A stretch of DNA of 64,000 bases. It comes from Patescibacteria group bacterium (GTDB lineage: Bacteria; Patescibacteriota; Minisyncoccia; Phycocordibacterales; Phycocordibacteraceae). Shown piece after piece: positions 19,331 through 27,160 of this stretch. Both the position numbers and the translations under genes were made by a program. The DNA is taken from contig JBBTSZ010000002.1 in the NCBI GenBank assembly GCA_038064495.1, positions 280,934 to 344,933 of the forward strand. The letters run 5' to 3'. Under the pieces are notes generated by a model. It was not told the DNA's origin. It did no database searches and saw only the letters and a list, made by a program, of their open reading frames with translations. Position 1 is the stretch's first letter; every line of letters starts with the position of its first letter.

Positions 19331-19873
19331 ATGAACATTACTGCCACTGCCGTCGCCGTCACGCTAGCGCTTGTCGTCGCGGTCGCTTTCTTGTTTTTTG
19401 GGCCCGCGATTTTCACACCGTTTCAGCCACAAACACAGCAAGCACCTGATTCACTAACTGCATCAACCACTATGGAGACAGAAGGACAAGGAGTAACGCT
19501 TGGCGAGAGTAGCCAAGGAGGAGCTCAACAACAGCCACAACAACTTCCAACCACACTTACGGTAACGGATGAGGTTGTCGGAACCGGGGCAGAAGCGAAG
19601 GCAGGGGACACCGTCACCATGAACTATGTTGGTTCACTTCCAGACGGCACCGTATTTGACGCCTCCGCAAAGCACGGTCAGGCATTCACCTTCACGCTCG
19701 GTGTTGGACAGGTGATTAGTGGTTGGGATAAGGGTATTGTTGGTATGAAAGTTGGCGGTAAGCGTAAGCTCATCATTCCACCGGATATGGCCTACGGTAA
19801 TCGTGACCTCGGTAGTATCCCACCAAACTCCACGCTCATCTTTGAAGTAGAAATGGTAAAGATTGGTTCGTAA
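19331..19873 (+). CDS. membrane-anchored FKBP-type peptidyl-prolyl cis-trans isomerase
   Basis: N-terminal TM helix and a Gln/Thr-rich linker precede the FKBP core (GDTVTMNYVGSLPDGTVFDAS...FTFTLGVGQVISGWDKGIVGMKVGGKRKLIIPPDMAYG). Confidence 0.85.
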   Translation: MNITATAVAVTLALVVAVAFLFFGPAIFTPFQPQTQQAPDSLTASTTMETEGQGVTLGESSQGGAQQQPQQLPTTLTVTDEVVGTGAEAKAGDTVTMNYVGSLPDGTVFDASAKHGQAFTFTLGVGQVISGWDKGIVGMKVGGKRKLIIPPDMAYGNRDLGSIPPNSTLIFEVEMVKIGS

Positions 19874-19893
19874 GTAGCTCGCATCAGATATAG

Positions 19894-19930
19894 AAAAACC
19901 GCCGAGACATTCGTCTCGGCGGTTTTCGTT
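19894..19930 (+). terminator. bidirectional rho-independent terminator
   Basis: An A-run, a 10-bp stem ccgccgagac/gtctcggcgg with a short loop, then a T-run. It sits between convergent genes. Confidence 0.7.
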
Positions 19931-19945
19931 GGCATGAGCCAACGA

Positions 19946-20560
19946 TTAGTTTGGATTTTGCGGTGCTTGCGCAGGATTCGCGGCGCCGTCAGGATACGGC
20001 GAGCCGACTGATTGCGTCGGACGTTCGAGCTTCTTCGAGCTCGTCCCACCGACCCAGGGAATGACCCCTACGCCGACGAGTTGTTTGTCGAGCGACTGTG
20101 CCCAGTAGGTTTGTAGGTACATGCAGGCGCCTTGCGCGTAGCGTCGTGCAATCTGCTCGCGCGAGACAGCACCAGCAATCCCGGAACCAGCACCGGCTCC
20201 TGCGCCGTAAAGCGCATAGTCGCTCCATTTCGCGGCTGAGCCAAACGCGCCGACGGCACCTGTAGCAACGCCAATCGCGTTACCAAGTGCCATAAGCACG
20301 CCTTCCTTCAGTACGGGGCCCAGCATACCAGGGCGATGCGGACGAATATCCTGTTCGCACGACCGGTCCAGCTGAACCAGCTGGTCGTATTGCCTGGGAC
20401 CCCATTCCACTTCGTGGCTTCCGGGAACGCCTGCAAGACCTCGGTAGTGAGTGGCAATGTACGCATTGCCAATTTCAGCTGAGGGGCGTTCGCCACCGCA
20501 CGCGGCGACGAGCGAAAGCGATGCGAGGGCTACCCCTCGCAACATATTTTTGGTGAACAT
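19946..20560 (-). CDS. lipoprotein with glycine-zipper (SlyB/17-kDa-antigen-like) domain
   Basis: Lipobox LVAAC follows a signal peptide. Gly-zipper runs GNAIGVATGAVGAFGSAA and YGAGAGAGSGIAGAV. GAGGAG SD. Local GC is about 60%, above the surrounding sequence. Confidence 0.6.
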   Translation of the reverse strand: MFTKNMLRGVALASLSLVAACGGERPSAEIGNAYIATHYRGLAGVPGSHEVEWGPRQYDQLVQLDRSCEQDIRPHRPGMLGPVLKEGVLMALGNAIGVATGAVGAFGSAAKWSDYALYGAGAGAGSGIAGAVSREQIARRYAQGACMYLQTYWAQSLDKQLVGVGVIPWVGGTSSKKLERPTQSVGSPYPDGAANPAQAPQNPN

Positions 20561-20737
20561 CTCGTTCTCCTCTTTTGAGTTTGCGGTAGGGGAAATCCCA
20601 AAACGCGGGGAGGCACAAAATCCATATAAGGATCAGCACTTCTAGTAAGAATTATATATAGATATAGCCATTTGTCAATAGGGCATCCAGCCCTTTTTAC
20701 TTGCTCCTAGAGTAGGAGACGGGTACGGTAGGAGAAT

Positions 20738-21952
20738 ATGTCAGCACTTGCGTTTGAGATTACTAAGAAGCACGGGCGCGGGCGCGCAGGCGTGCTTACC
20801 ACAAAGCATGGTGTCATTCAGACTCCAGCCTTTGTACCAGTTGCAACCAAGGCGGGCGTGAAAGGAGTTCTTCCGGAAACACTGAAAAACCTTGGCGCAC
20901 AGGTTGCACTCGCAAATACCTACCACCTCTATCTCCAACCCGGCGAAGAAGTGGTGCAAAAAGCAGGAGGACTTGGAGCTTTCATGGGATGGGATGGTCC
21001 GACCATGACCGACTCAGGAGGATTTCAAGTATTCTCGCTTGGCGTAGCATTTGGTCGCACCATTACAAAAATTGCAAAGGGAGATGAAAATGCTCGAGAC
21101 CAGGGTGTTTCCGTCTATGACGAAGGAGTTCAATCGCAGCACGGTCAACTTGCCGTGATTGACGAACAAGGTGTCACCTTTACGTCACACATTGACGGTT
21201 CACTGCATCGCTTTACACCAGAGCGCTCGGTTGAAATTCAGCATGCGCTTGGTGCAGATATATTTTTTGCTTTTGATGAATGCACCTCACCAACCGAAGG
21301 GTACGAATATCAGCGTGAGGCAATGGAACGGACGCACCGCTGGGCAGAGCGTTCACTGCGCGCTCACCGACAGAACCTGGAGGCGGGGCAGACGCAATCT
21401 ATCTTTGGGATTGTGCAGGGAGGTCGCTATGAAGATTTACGCGAGGAAAGCGCAAAAGCGATTGCAGCAATGAACTTTGATGGATTTGGTATTGGTGGCT
21501 CCTTTAGTAAGGAAGATATGGAGGGAGCGCTGCAGGCGGCGATTCCACACCTACCGGAAGAAAAACCGCGGCATTTTCTTGGCATCGGTGAACCGGGTGA
21601 TGTGCTTACCGGAATAGCAGAAGGTATGGACCTATTTGACTGTGTTGCGGCAACCCGCATGGGACGTCATGGCACCATCTACACGAAGCGAGGAACCATC
21701 CATCTGACGAACGAGCAATACAAACAAGACTTTCGTCCGCTCGACCCTGAAACGAGTGTGCCTGGCACGGAAACCTTTACGCGTGCATATGTAGGGCATC
21801 AGCTTCGTGCGGGAGAAATGCTCGGGCCGATGATTGCGAGCATGCACAATCTTGGCTTCATCATCCAGCTTATTGATGGCGCACGCGAGGCACTCAACGA
21901 TGGGACCTTTGATACCTACCGAGACGAGTTCCTGAAAGCGTACTACGCATAG
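20738..21952 (+). CDS. tgt: queuine tRNA-ribosyltransferase
   Basis: Shows GVIQTPAFVPVATKAGVKG, LANTYHLYLQPG, and the C-terminal Zn-site region with CVAATRMGRHGT. Confidence 0.9.
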   Translation: MSALAFEITKKHGRGRAGVLTTKHGVIQTPAFVPVATKAGVKGVLPETLKNLGAQVALANTYHLYLQPGEEVVQKAGGLGAFMGWDGPTMTDSGGFQVFSLGVAFGRTITKIAKGDENARDQGVSVYDEGVQSQHGQLAVIDEQGVTFTSHIDGSLHRFTPERSVEIQHALGADIFFAFDECTSPTEGYEYQREAMERTHRWAERSLRAHRQNLEAGQTQSIFGIVQGGRYEDLREESAKAIAAMNFDGFGIGGSFSKEDMEGALQAAIPHLPEEKPRHFLGIGEPGDVLTGIAEGMDLFDCVAATRMGRHGTIYTKRGTIHLTNEQYKQDFRPLDPETSVPGTETFTRAYVGHQLRAGEMLGPMIASMHNLGFIIQLIDGAREALNDGTFDTYRDEFLKAYYA

Positions 21953-21955
21953 GGA

Positions 21956-21979
21956 AAGGCCGGAAGTAAATCCGGCCTT
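21956..21979 (+). terminator. bidirectional hairpin between convergent genes
   Basis: 9-bp stem aaggccgga/tccggcctt. T-runs are weak on both sides. Confidence 0.45.
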
Positions 21980-22004
21980 CGCTGCTAGTGAATCTCCTTT
22001 TCTA

Positions 22005-22415
22005 CTAATGGATGGTTCGATAATCCGTGAAATCAAAAAGGGCATTTCCCCACGGCGGAAGCTCAGCTTCAGTTTCGCAGAATTGCAGCAGATGTTCTCG
22101 AACGAAAACTGCTATTGAGTCGCTCCACTGCGAAAGGTATTTGAGATGTATTGCCTCATATTCACCCGCCGTAATCTTGTGCGAGATAAGCAAGAGCTCG
22201 GTTAACAAGTCGCTCGGACGCTCTGGGCTCCCTGGGTAACCAAAGGCGATTTGTTTAACCGTATCAGGAACGAGCATACCCTCCTTGTCGATGAAAAAAG
22301 GAGTTTCTGCTACAGGAATACAGCCTTTCATTTCTTGCATCACTAATTCAATGAGCTGGAGCAGATTTAGAATACTGGGATATGGTCGAAGTGCGCTGTG
22401 AATGTCTTTCACCAT
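22005..22415 (-). CDS. hypothetical protein
   Basis: Internal ATG preceded by GAGGAGG. The longer tracker ORF would run into the uvrB start. Confidence 0.4.
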   Translation of the reverse strand: MVKDIHSALRPYPSILNLLQLIELVMQEMKGCIPVAETPFFIDKEGMLVPDTVKQIAFGYPGSPERPSDLLTELLLISHKITAGEYEAIHLKYLSQWSDSIAVFVREHLLQFCETEAELPPWGNALFDFTDYRTIH

Positions 22416-22539
22416 AACTTCCTCCTCATGCAGTTCTGTCGTCAGTATAGCCTCCCGAGCAAGCACGCTCGACCGCTCTGGGTATAGTGAGACTAACGAG
22501 AACCTTTCGCTGACCGAGGCTATCCGATAGGATGAATCT

Positions 22540-24609
22540 ATGAGCTTTAAGATCCATTCCCCGTTTCCACCTGCAGGCGACCAGCCAGAGGCTATACGGA
22601 AACTCACCGACGGTGTGAAGCAGGGTCTGACCCACCAGACCCTGCTTGGCGTTACCGGCTCGGGGAAAACCTACACCATAGCGAATGTCATTCAGAACAT
22701 CGGAAAGCCGACCCTCGTGATGGCGCACAACAAAACCCTTGCCGCTCAGCTTGCGCAGGAGTACACCGAATTCTTTCCTGAAAACGCCGTACACTATTTT
22801 GTCTCCTACTACGACTACTACCAACCAGAGGCGTATATCGCTCACTCGGATACCTATATAGAGAAAGAAGCACAGATAAACGCGGAGATAGACCGTCTGC
22901 GCCACGCGGCAACGCAAGCACTTCTCACGCGCGATGATGTCATCATTGTCGCCTCCGTTTCTGCTATTTATGGACTTGGCTCGCCTGCTGAATATGAAAA
23001 GAGACACGTAAAGCTTTTGATAGGAGGAAAAGAGAATCGCTCCTCACTTATCCGAAAGCTGGTCGGCATTCAGTTTGAACGAACGAATGCGGACCTCACG
23101 CCGGGAACCCTCCGTGCGATTGGGAACGCGGTAGAAGTAATGCCCGTAAACGAGCGTGCCGTCTACAAAATTACCTTTGATGCCGACGTTGTTGCACATA
23201 TTGATGCACTGGATCCTGTCAGTCGTGCGAAGACAGGAACACCCGAGTCGCTGTTTATCTTCCCTGCAAAGCACTTTATTACCGGCGAAGAGGAACGTCT
23301 TGTTGCGATTGAGGATATTAAGAGGGAACTGGAGGAGCGTCTTGAACAATTGAAACGCGAAGAAAAGCCCCTTGAACATGAGCGGTTGAAGCGCCGCACA
23401 CAGTATGACCTCGCCATGATACGAGAAGTGGGCTACACCGGCGGCATTGAGAACTACTCTCGTCATTTTGATGGGCGCGCTCCGGGCGAGCCACCACATA
23501 CACTCCTTTCCTACTTTCCGCACAAAAAAGATGGTAGTGCTGATTTCCTCACGGTGCTTGATGAGTCCCACGTTACCGTCTCACAAATTGGTGGGATGTA
23601 TGCGGGTGATCGTTCTCGTAAAGACGTGCTGGTTGAGCACGGCTTCCGACTGCCGTCTGCTCGTGACAATCGTCCCCTACGGTTTGAAGAATTTGAGGAA
23701 CGCATTGGGCAGGTCATCTATACGTCAGCAACACCCGGAAATTTTGAACGTGAGCATTCCATAGCTCCCACTGGCCAGATTGTGGAGCAGATTATTCGTC
23801 CAACGGGACTGATTGACCCCGAGCTCATAGTGCGACCGGTTACCGAGACCGGCGACTTCAAAGGCCAAGTGGCGGACTTCATTGCTGAATCAGAGACCGT
23901 TATCAAGGGCGGTGGACGTGTGCTTGCCACCACACTCACCAAACAAATGGCGGAGGACCTCTCAGAGTTTCTGCGCGCAAAGAATATCAAGGCGGAGTAT
24001 CTGCACTCCGATATTAAAACCATTGAGCGTATTGATATCCTCACCAATTTCAGACGAGGAGTCTTTGATATTCTCGTAGGTGTGAACTTGCTTCGTGAAG
24101 GACTGGACCTACCAGAGGTGGAGCTCGTGGGTATTCTTGATGCGGACAAGGAAGGTTTTCTGCGCTCAGAGACTTCCCTCATTCAAACCATTGGACGAGC
24201 CGCACGAAATATTCTCGGACGCGTGATTCTGTATGCCGACGTGATGACTGGCTCCCTCACGCGCGCTATTGGGGAGACCAATCGTCGCCGCACCATCCAA
24301 GTTGCTTATAACGAAGCGCATGGGATCACCCCGGTCACCATCCACAAAGAGATTCGTGACATTGCCGAGTCTATGAGGAGTGAGCATCAGAAGACCGTGC
24401 AAGGCCTCCTTGAATTTGATCGTCTCTTGTATGCAGAAAATCCTGCAGCCTTTATCAAAGAAAAGCGTGAACAAATGAGTGAAGCCGTTGAAGCACTTGA
24501 TTTTGAAACTGCCGCGTTGCTTCGCGATGAAATCTACGAGCTTGAAGGAAAAGAACCAAAAGCAAAGAAGACGACGAAAAAAGCAACCACACGTAGACGC
24601 GGTCGCTAG
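22540..24609 (+). CDS. uvrB: excinuclease ABC subunit B
   Basis: Shows PAGDQPEAIRKL, Walker A GVTGSGKT, the beta-hairpin region, helicase motifs, and a C-terminal UVR domain (ALLRDEIYELEG). Confidence 0.95.
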   Translation: MSFKIHSPFPPAGDQPEAIRKLTDGVKQGLTHQTLLGVTGSGKTYTIANVIQNIGKPTLVMAHNKTLAAQLAQEYTEFFPENAVHYFVSYYDYYQPEAYIAHSDTYIEKEAQINAEIDRLRHAATQALLTRDDVIIVASVSAIYGLGSPAEYEKRHVKLLIGGKENRSSLIRKLVGIQFERTNADLTPGTLRAIGNAVEVMPVNERAVYKITFDADVVAHIDALDPVSRAKTGTPESLFIFPAKHFITGEEERLVAIEDIKRELEERLEQLKREEKPLEHERLKRRTQYDLAMIREVGYTGGIENYSRHFDGRAPGEPPHTLLSYFPHKKDGSADFLTVLDESHVTVSQIGGMYAGDRSRKDVLVEHGFRLPSARDNRPLRFEEFEERIGQVIYTSATPGNFEREHSIAPTGQIVEQIIRPTGLIDPELIVRPVTETGDFKGQVADFIAESETVIKGGGRVLATTLTKQMAEDLSEFLRAKNIKAEYLHSDIKTIERIDILTNFRRGVFDILVGVNLLREGLDLPEVELVGILDADKEGFLRSETSLIQTIGRAARNILGRVILYADVMTGSLTRAIGETNRRRTIQVAYNEAHGITPVTIHKEIRDIAESMRSEHQKTVQGLLEFDRLLYAENPAAFIKEKREQMSEAVEALDFETAALLRDEIYELEGKEPKAKKTTKKATTRRRGR

Positions 24610-24668
24610 ATACACAGTACAGAAATACTAGAGACTGCACGACACCCGTTCAGTGCTACTATTTCTCT

Positions 24669-25766
24669 ATGAGTGTTCGTACGCTCCTTGGTCTTCTTTT
24701 CCTTGTTACGCTACTTATTGTAGCGGGTTTTATTGCGTTCACGCTTAACATCTTCTGGGTACTTCTAAATGGCCTATTGCCAGCGACCGTAGACGTTGCA
24801 GGAAATATTCTTCCAACACTATTCGTCCTTATCATTGGTGGGTTCCTGTTGTTCTCGCTCATTGTGCTCCTATTCTCCTTTCTCTACCTCTTGATTGACC
24901 GCCTCATTGTTCAGCCGATGAAACACATTGGTACGGCCATGCATGAATTCGCTGAACACAATCATCAAGTCGAGCTTCCGCCGTTTTCTCGCTCCACAAA
25001 CGAAGTGCGTTGGCTTGCTGACGTATTCATTGAGTTCACGAATAGTGTTGAGCGTGTACATAACCGTGATATGGAAGTTTCTCGAATGAAATCGGACTTC
25101 ATCTCCACTGCAGCGCACCAGCTCCGTACGCCCATGACCGGTATCCGCTGGGCACTTGAGGCACTCCAAACTACGGGCGTAACGGCGGACCAAAAGGCGC
25201 TCATTGATAGTGCAACCGATAAAAGTCATGACCTTGTCGCCATCATTGGTACGCTGCTTGATATTTCGTCAATTGAATCCGGGAAATACAAGTATCGTTT
25301 TGAGGCACTTGATATGGACCTCGTCATGCAGGAGATTGTGAACGACTTCAGTCCACTCGCTCAAACACGTCAGGTTACGCTCTTTTATGCTCGAAGCGAA
25401 ACGCCACTAGCAAAAGCGCGTGCCGACCGAGAACGTATTAAATGGGTCTTGAATAATCTTATTGAAAACGCAATTCGCTACACCCCGTCAGGTGGTTCAG
25501 TACAAGTCTCACTTGAAGCCGGGCTCGGACGCATCTTTGTTAAGGTTCGTGATACAGGAATTGGTATTCAAGAGGGAGACCGTGCCAGTATCTTTGAACG
25601 TTTCTACCGCGCCCAGAATGCTGTGCAGAAGGAGAACGCAGGAAATGGTCTTGGTCTCTATATTGCCCGCACCATTGCCAGGGATCATGGTGGAGACCTC
25701 AATTTTGAGACAAATAAGGAGGGTCCGGGGACGACGTTCTCGTTCAGTCTCCCTTTCGCCAACTAA
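24669..25766 (+). CDS. sensor histidine kinase (two N-terminal TM helices, HisKA, HATPase_c)
   Basis: H-box AAHQLRTPMTGIRWALEAL, N-box LNNLIENAIRYT, and G-boxes DTGIGI and GNGLGLYIA. Confidence 0.85.
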   Translation: MSVRTLLGLLFLVTLLIVAGFIAFTLNIFWVLLNGLLPATVDVAGNILPTLFVLIIGGFLLFSLIVLLFSFLYLLIDRLIVQPMKHIGTAMHEFAEHNHQVELPPFSRSTNEVRWLADVFIEFTNSVERVHNRDMEVSRMKSDFISTAAHQLRTPMTGIRWALEALQTTGVTADQKALIDSATDKSHDLVAIIGTLLDISSIESGKYKYRFEALDMDLVMQEIVNDFSPLAQTRQVTLFYARSETPLAKARADRERIKWVLNNLIENAIRYTPSGGSVQVSLEAGLGRIFVKVRDTGIGIQEGDRASIFERFYRAQNAVQKENAGNGLGLYIARTIARDHGGDLNFETNKEGPGTTFSFSLPFAN

Positions 25767-25911
25767 CCTGAGCCGGGCTTACAGCCGACATTCTTTGTTC
25801 TTCTCTGCGCTCAAACATTCAACGTACTAGATGTACGTCTCAAGTTTTCCCTTGAGAAAGCCTCGAATCTGGGGCTTTTAATCCAGACTCAGTGGATGGT
25901 AGACTGGAGCT

Positions 25912-26385
25912 ATGCCTGACTCACAATTCATCCTCGTCGTTGAAGACGACCCTATTCTTAAGAACCTGCTTGGCCATACGCTTGCCGGGAAATATCAAAC
26001 CCTCTATGCAAGTGATGGCAATGAGGCTATCGCTCTCTTTGACCAGTACAAGCCAAAGCTCGTTCTCCTAGACCTTATGCTTCCAACGATGGATGGTTTT
26101 GCAGTGCTTGAAACACTTCGTAAACGTCCCGACGACTCCGCACACACACCGATTATTGTGGTGTCTAATCTCGGTCAGCAGTCAGATAAAGACAAGGCAC
26201 TAGCGCTCGGTGCAAATGATTACCTCATTAAGGCAGAGGTACCGATTGAAGATATTGTAAAAAGAATCGAAGCACTTCTCGGTGTTGTTCCGGCTGCTCC
26301 TGCTGAAGTAGTCCCCGTAGCTCCCGCGGCGCCACTAGAAGTTCCGCCAACTTCAACAACTCCAGCAACACCGCCGGTCGCATGA
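25912..26385 (+). CDS. response regulator, receiver domain only, with Pro/Ala-rich tail
   Basis: Shows VVEDDP, LVLLDLMLP (phospho-Asp) and the conserved Lys region. The C-terminal 40 aa are PAAPAEVVPVAPAAP-type low complexity. Confidence 0.8.
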   Translation: MPDSQFILVVEDDPILKNLLGHTLAGKYQTLYASDGNEAIALFDQYKPKLVLLDLMLPTMDGFAVLETLRKRPDDSAHTPIIVVSNLGQQSDKDKALALGANDYLIKAEVPIEDIVKRIEALLGVVPAAPAEVVPVAPAAPLEVPPTSTTPATPPVA

Positions 26386-27065
26386 GCACTGAAGGTTTTA
26401 GAAATAAGACTTCTGACGCTGACGCTGTAGCGGAGGCCCGCGAACAAGCAGATCCCACTACCTACTCAGCACTTCCGTCCGAACTTGAAGACGGAGCGTG
26501 GCACAAACTCAATCCCAATAAAACACCTGCGCTTCAGCAGGCAGCCGTTCGTTTATTGAAAGGCCTCATTCACGTGTCGGATGTTATCGAGAAAGACGGG
26601 GAATTTTACTCAAAGGAAATGGCACATGAAAGCATTGCTGAAAAGATGTCAGAAGATGATATTCAAGCAGACGCCGAACTCATCAACCTTATCTTGAACG
26701 ATGTCGACCATATTTATAATACGGACGCGGTTCTTCCGACCCATAATGTGAAAGTAGAAAAGGGAACCGCAAGCTTCCATGACTTTGAGGCAGACATGGA
26801 GTCGGTGCCGCACCGCATGCATCGGAATTTGAATGAACGAGCTCGAGCACGCTTTGACCGTAAGTTGGAACAGGTGCAGGAACGCTTTGCATCACCCGAA
26901 GGCGAGGTCCTCGCCCGGAGTATTTTTGACGACATGATGAAGCACGAACCAAAGAGCTTTGAGGGAAGTTTTGATGCATTTTACGGACTTCTGAAAACAC
27001 GCATTGAAAAAGCTGGACAGTTGTCTCTCGAGCAGAAAGAATTACTTGATACGTACGGGAAATAG
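26382..27065 (+). CDS. hypothetical protein, translationally coupled to the receiver gene
   Basis: The ATG overlaps the upstream stop in ATGA fashion. No recognisable domain. Confidence 0.45.
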   Translation: MSTEGFRNKTSDADAVAEAREQADPTTYSALPSELEDGAWHKLNPNKTPALQQAAVRLLKGLIHVSDVIEKDGEFYSKEMAHESIAEKMSEDDIQADAELINLILNDVDHIYNTDAVLPTHNVKVEKGTASFHDFEADMESVPHRMHRNLNERARARFDRKLEQVQERFASPEGEVLARSIFDDMMKHEPKSFEGSFDAFYGLLKTRIEKAGQLSLEQKELLDTYGK

Positions 27066-27160
27066 TTCGCTTGGTCGCGTCACTTCAGTCTTCGCGCTAT
27101 ACTAGCCTTCGTACCGGTCCCGCCACGGATCGGCAAAAGCCGTACCTATCTTAGACTTTC

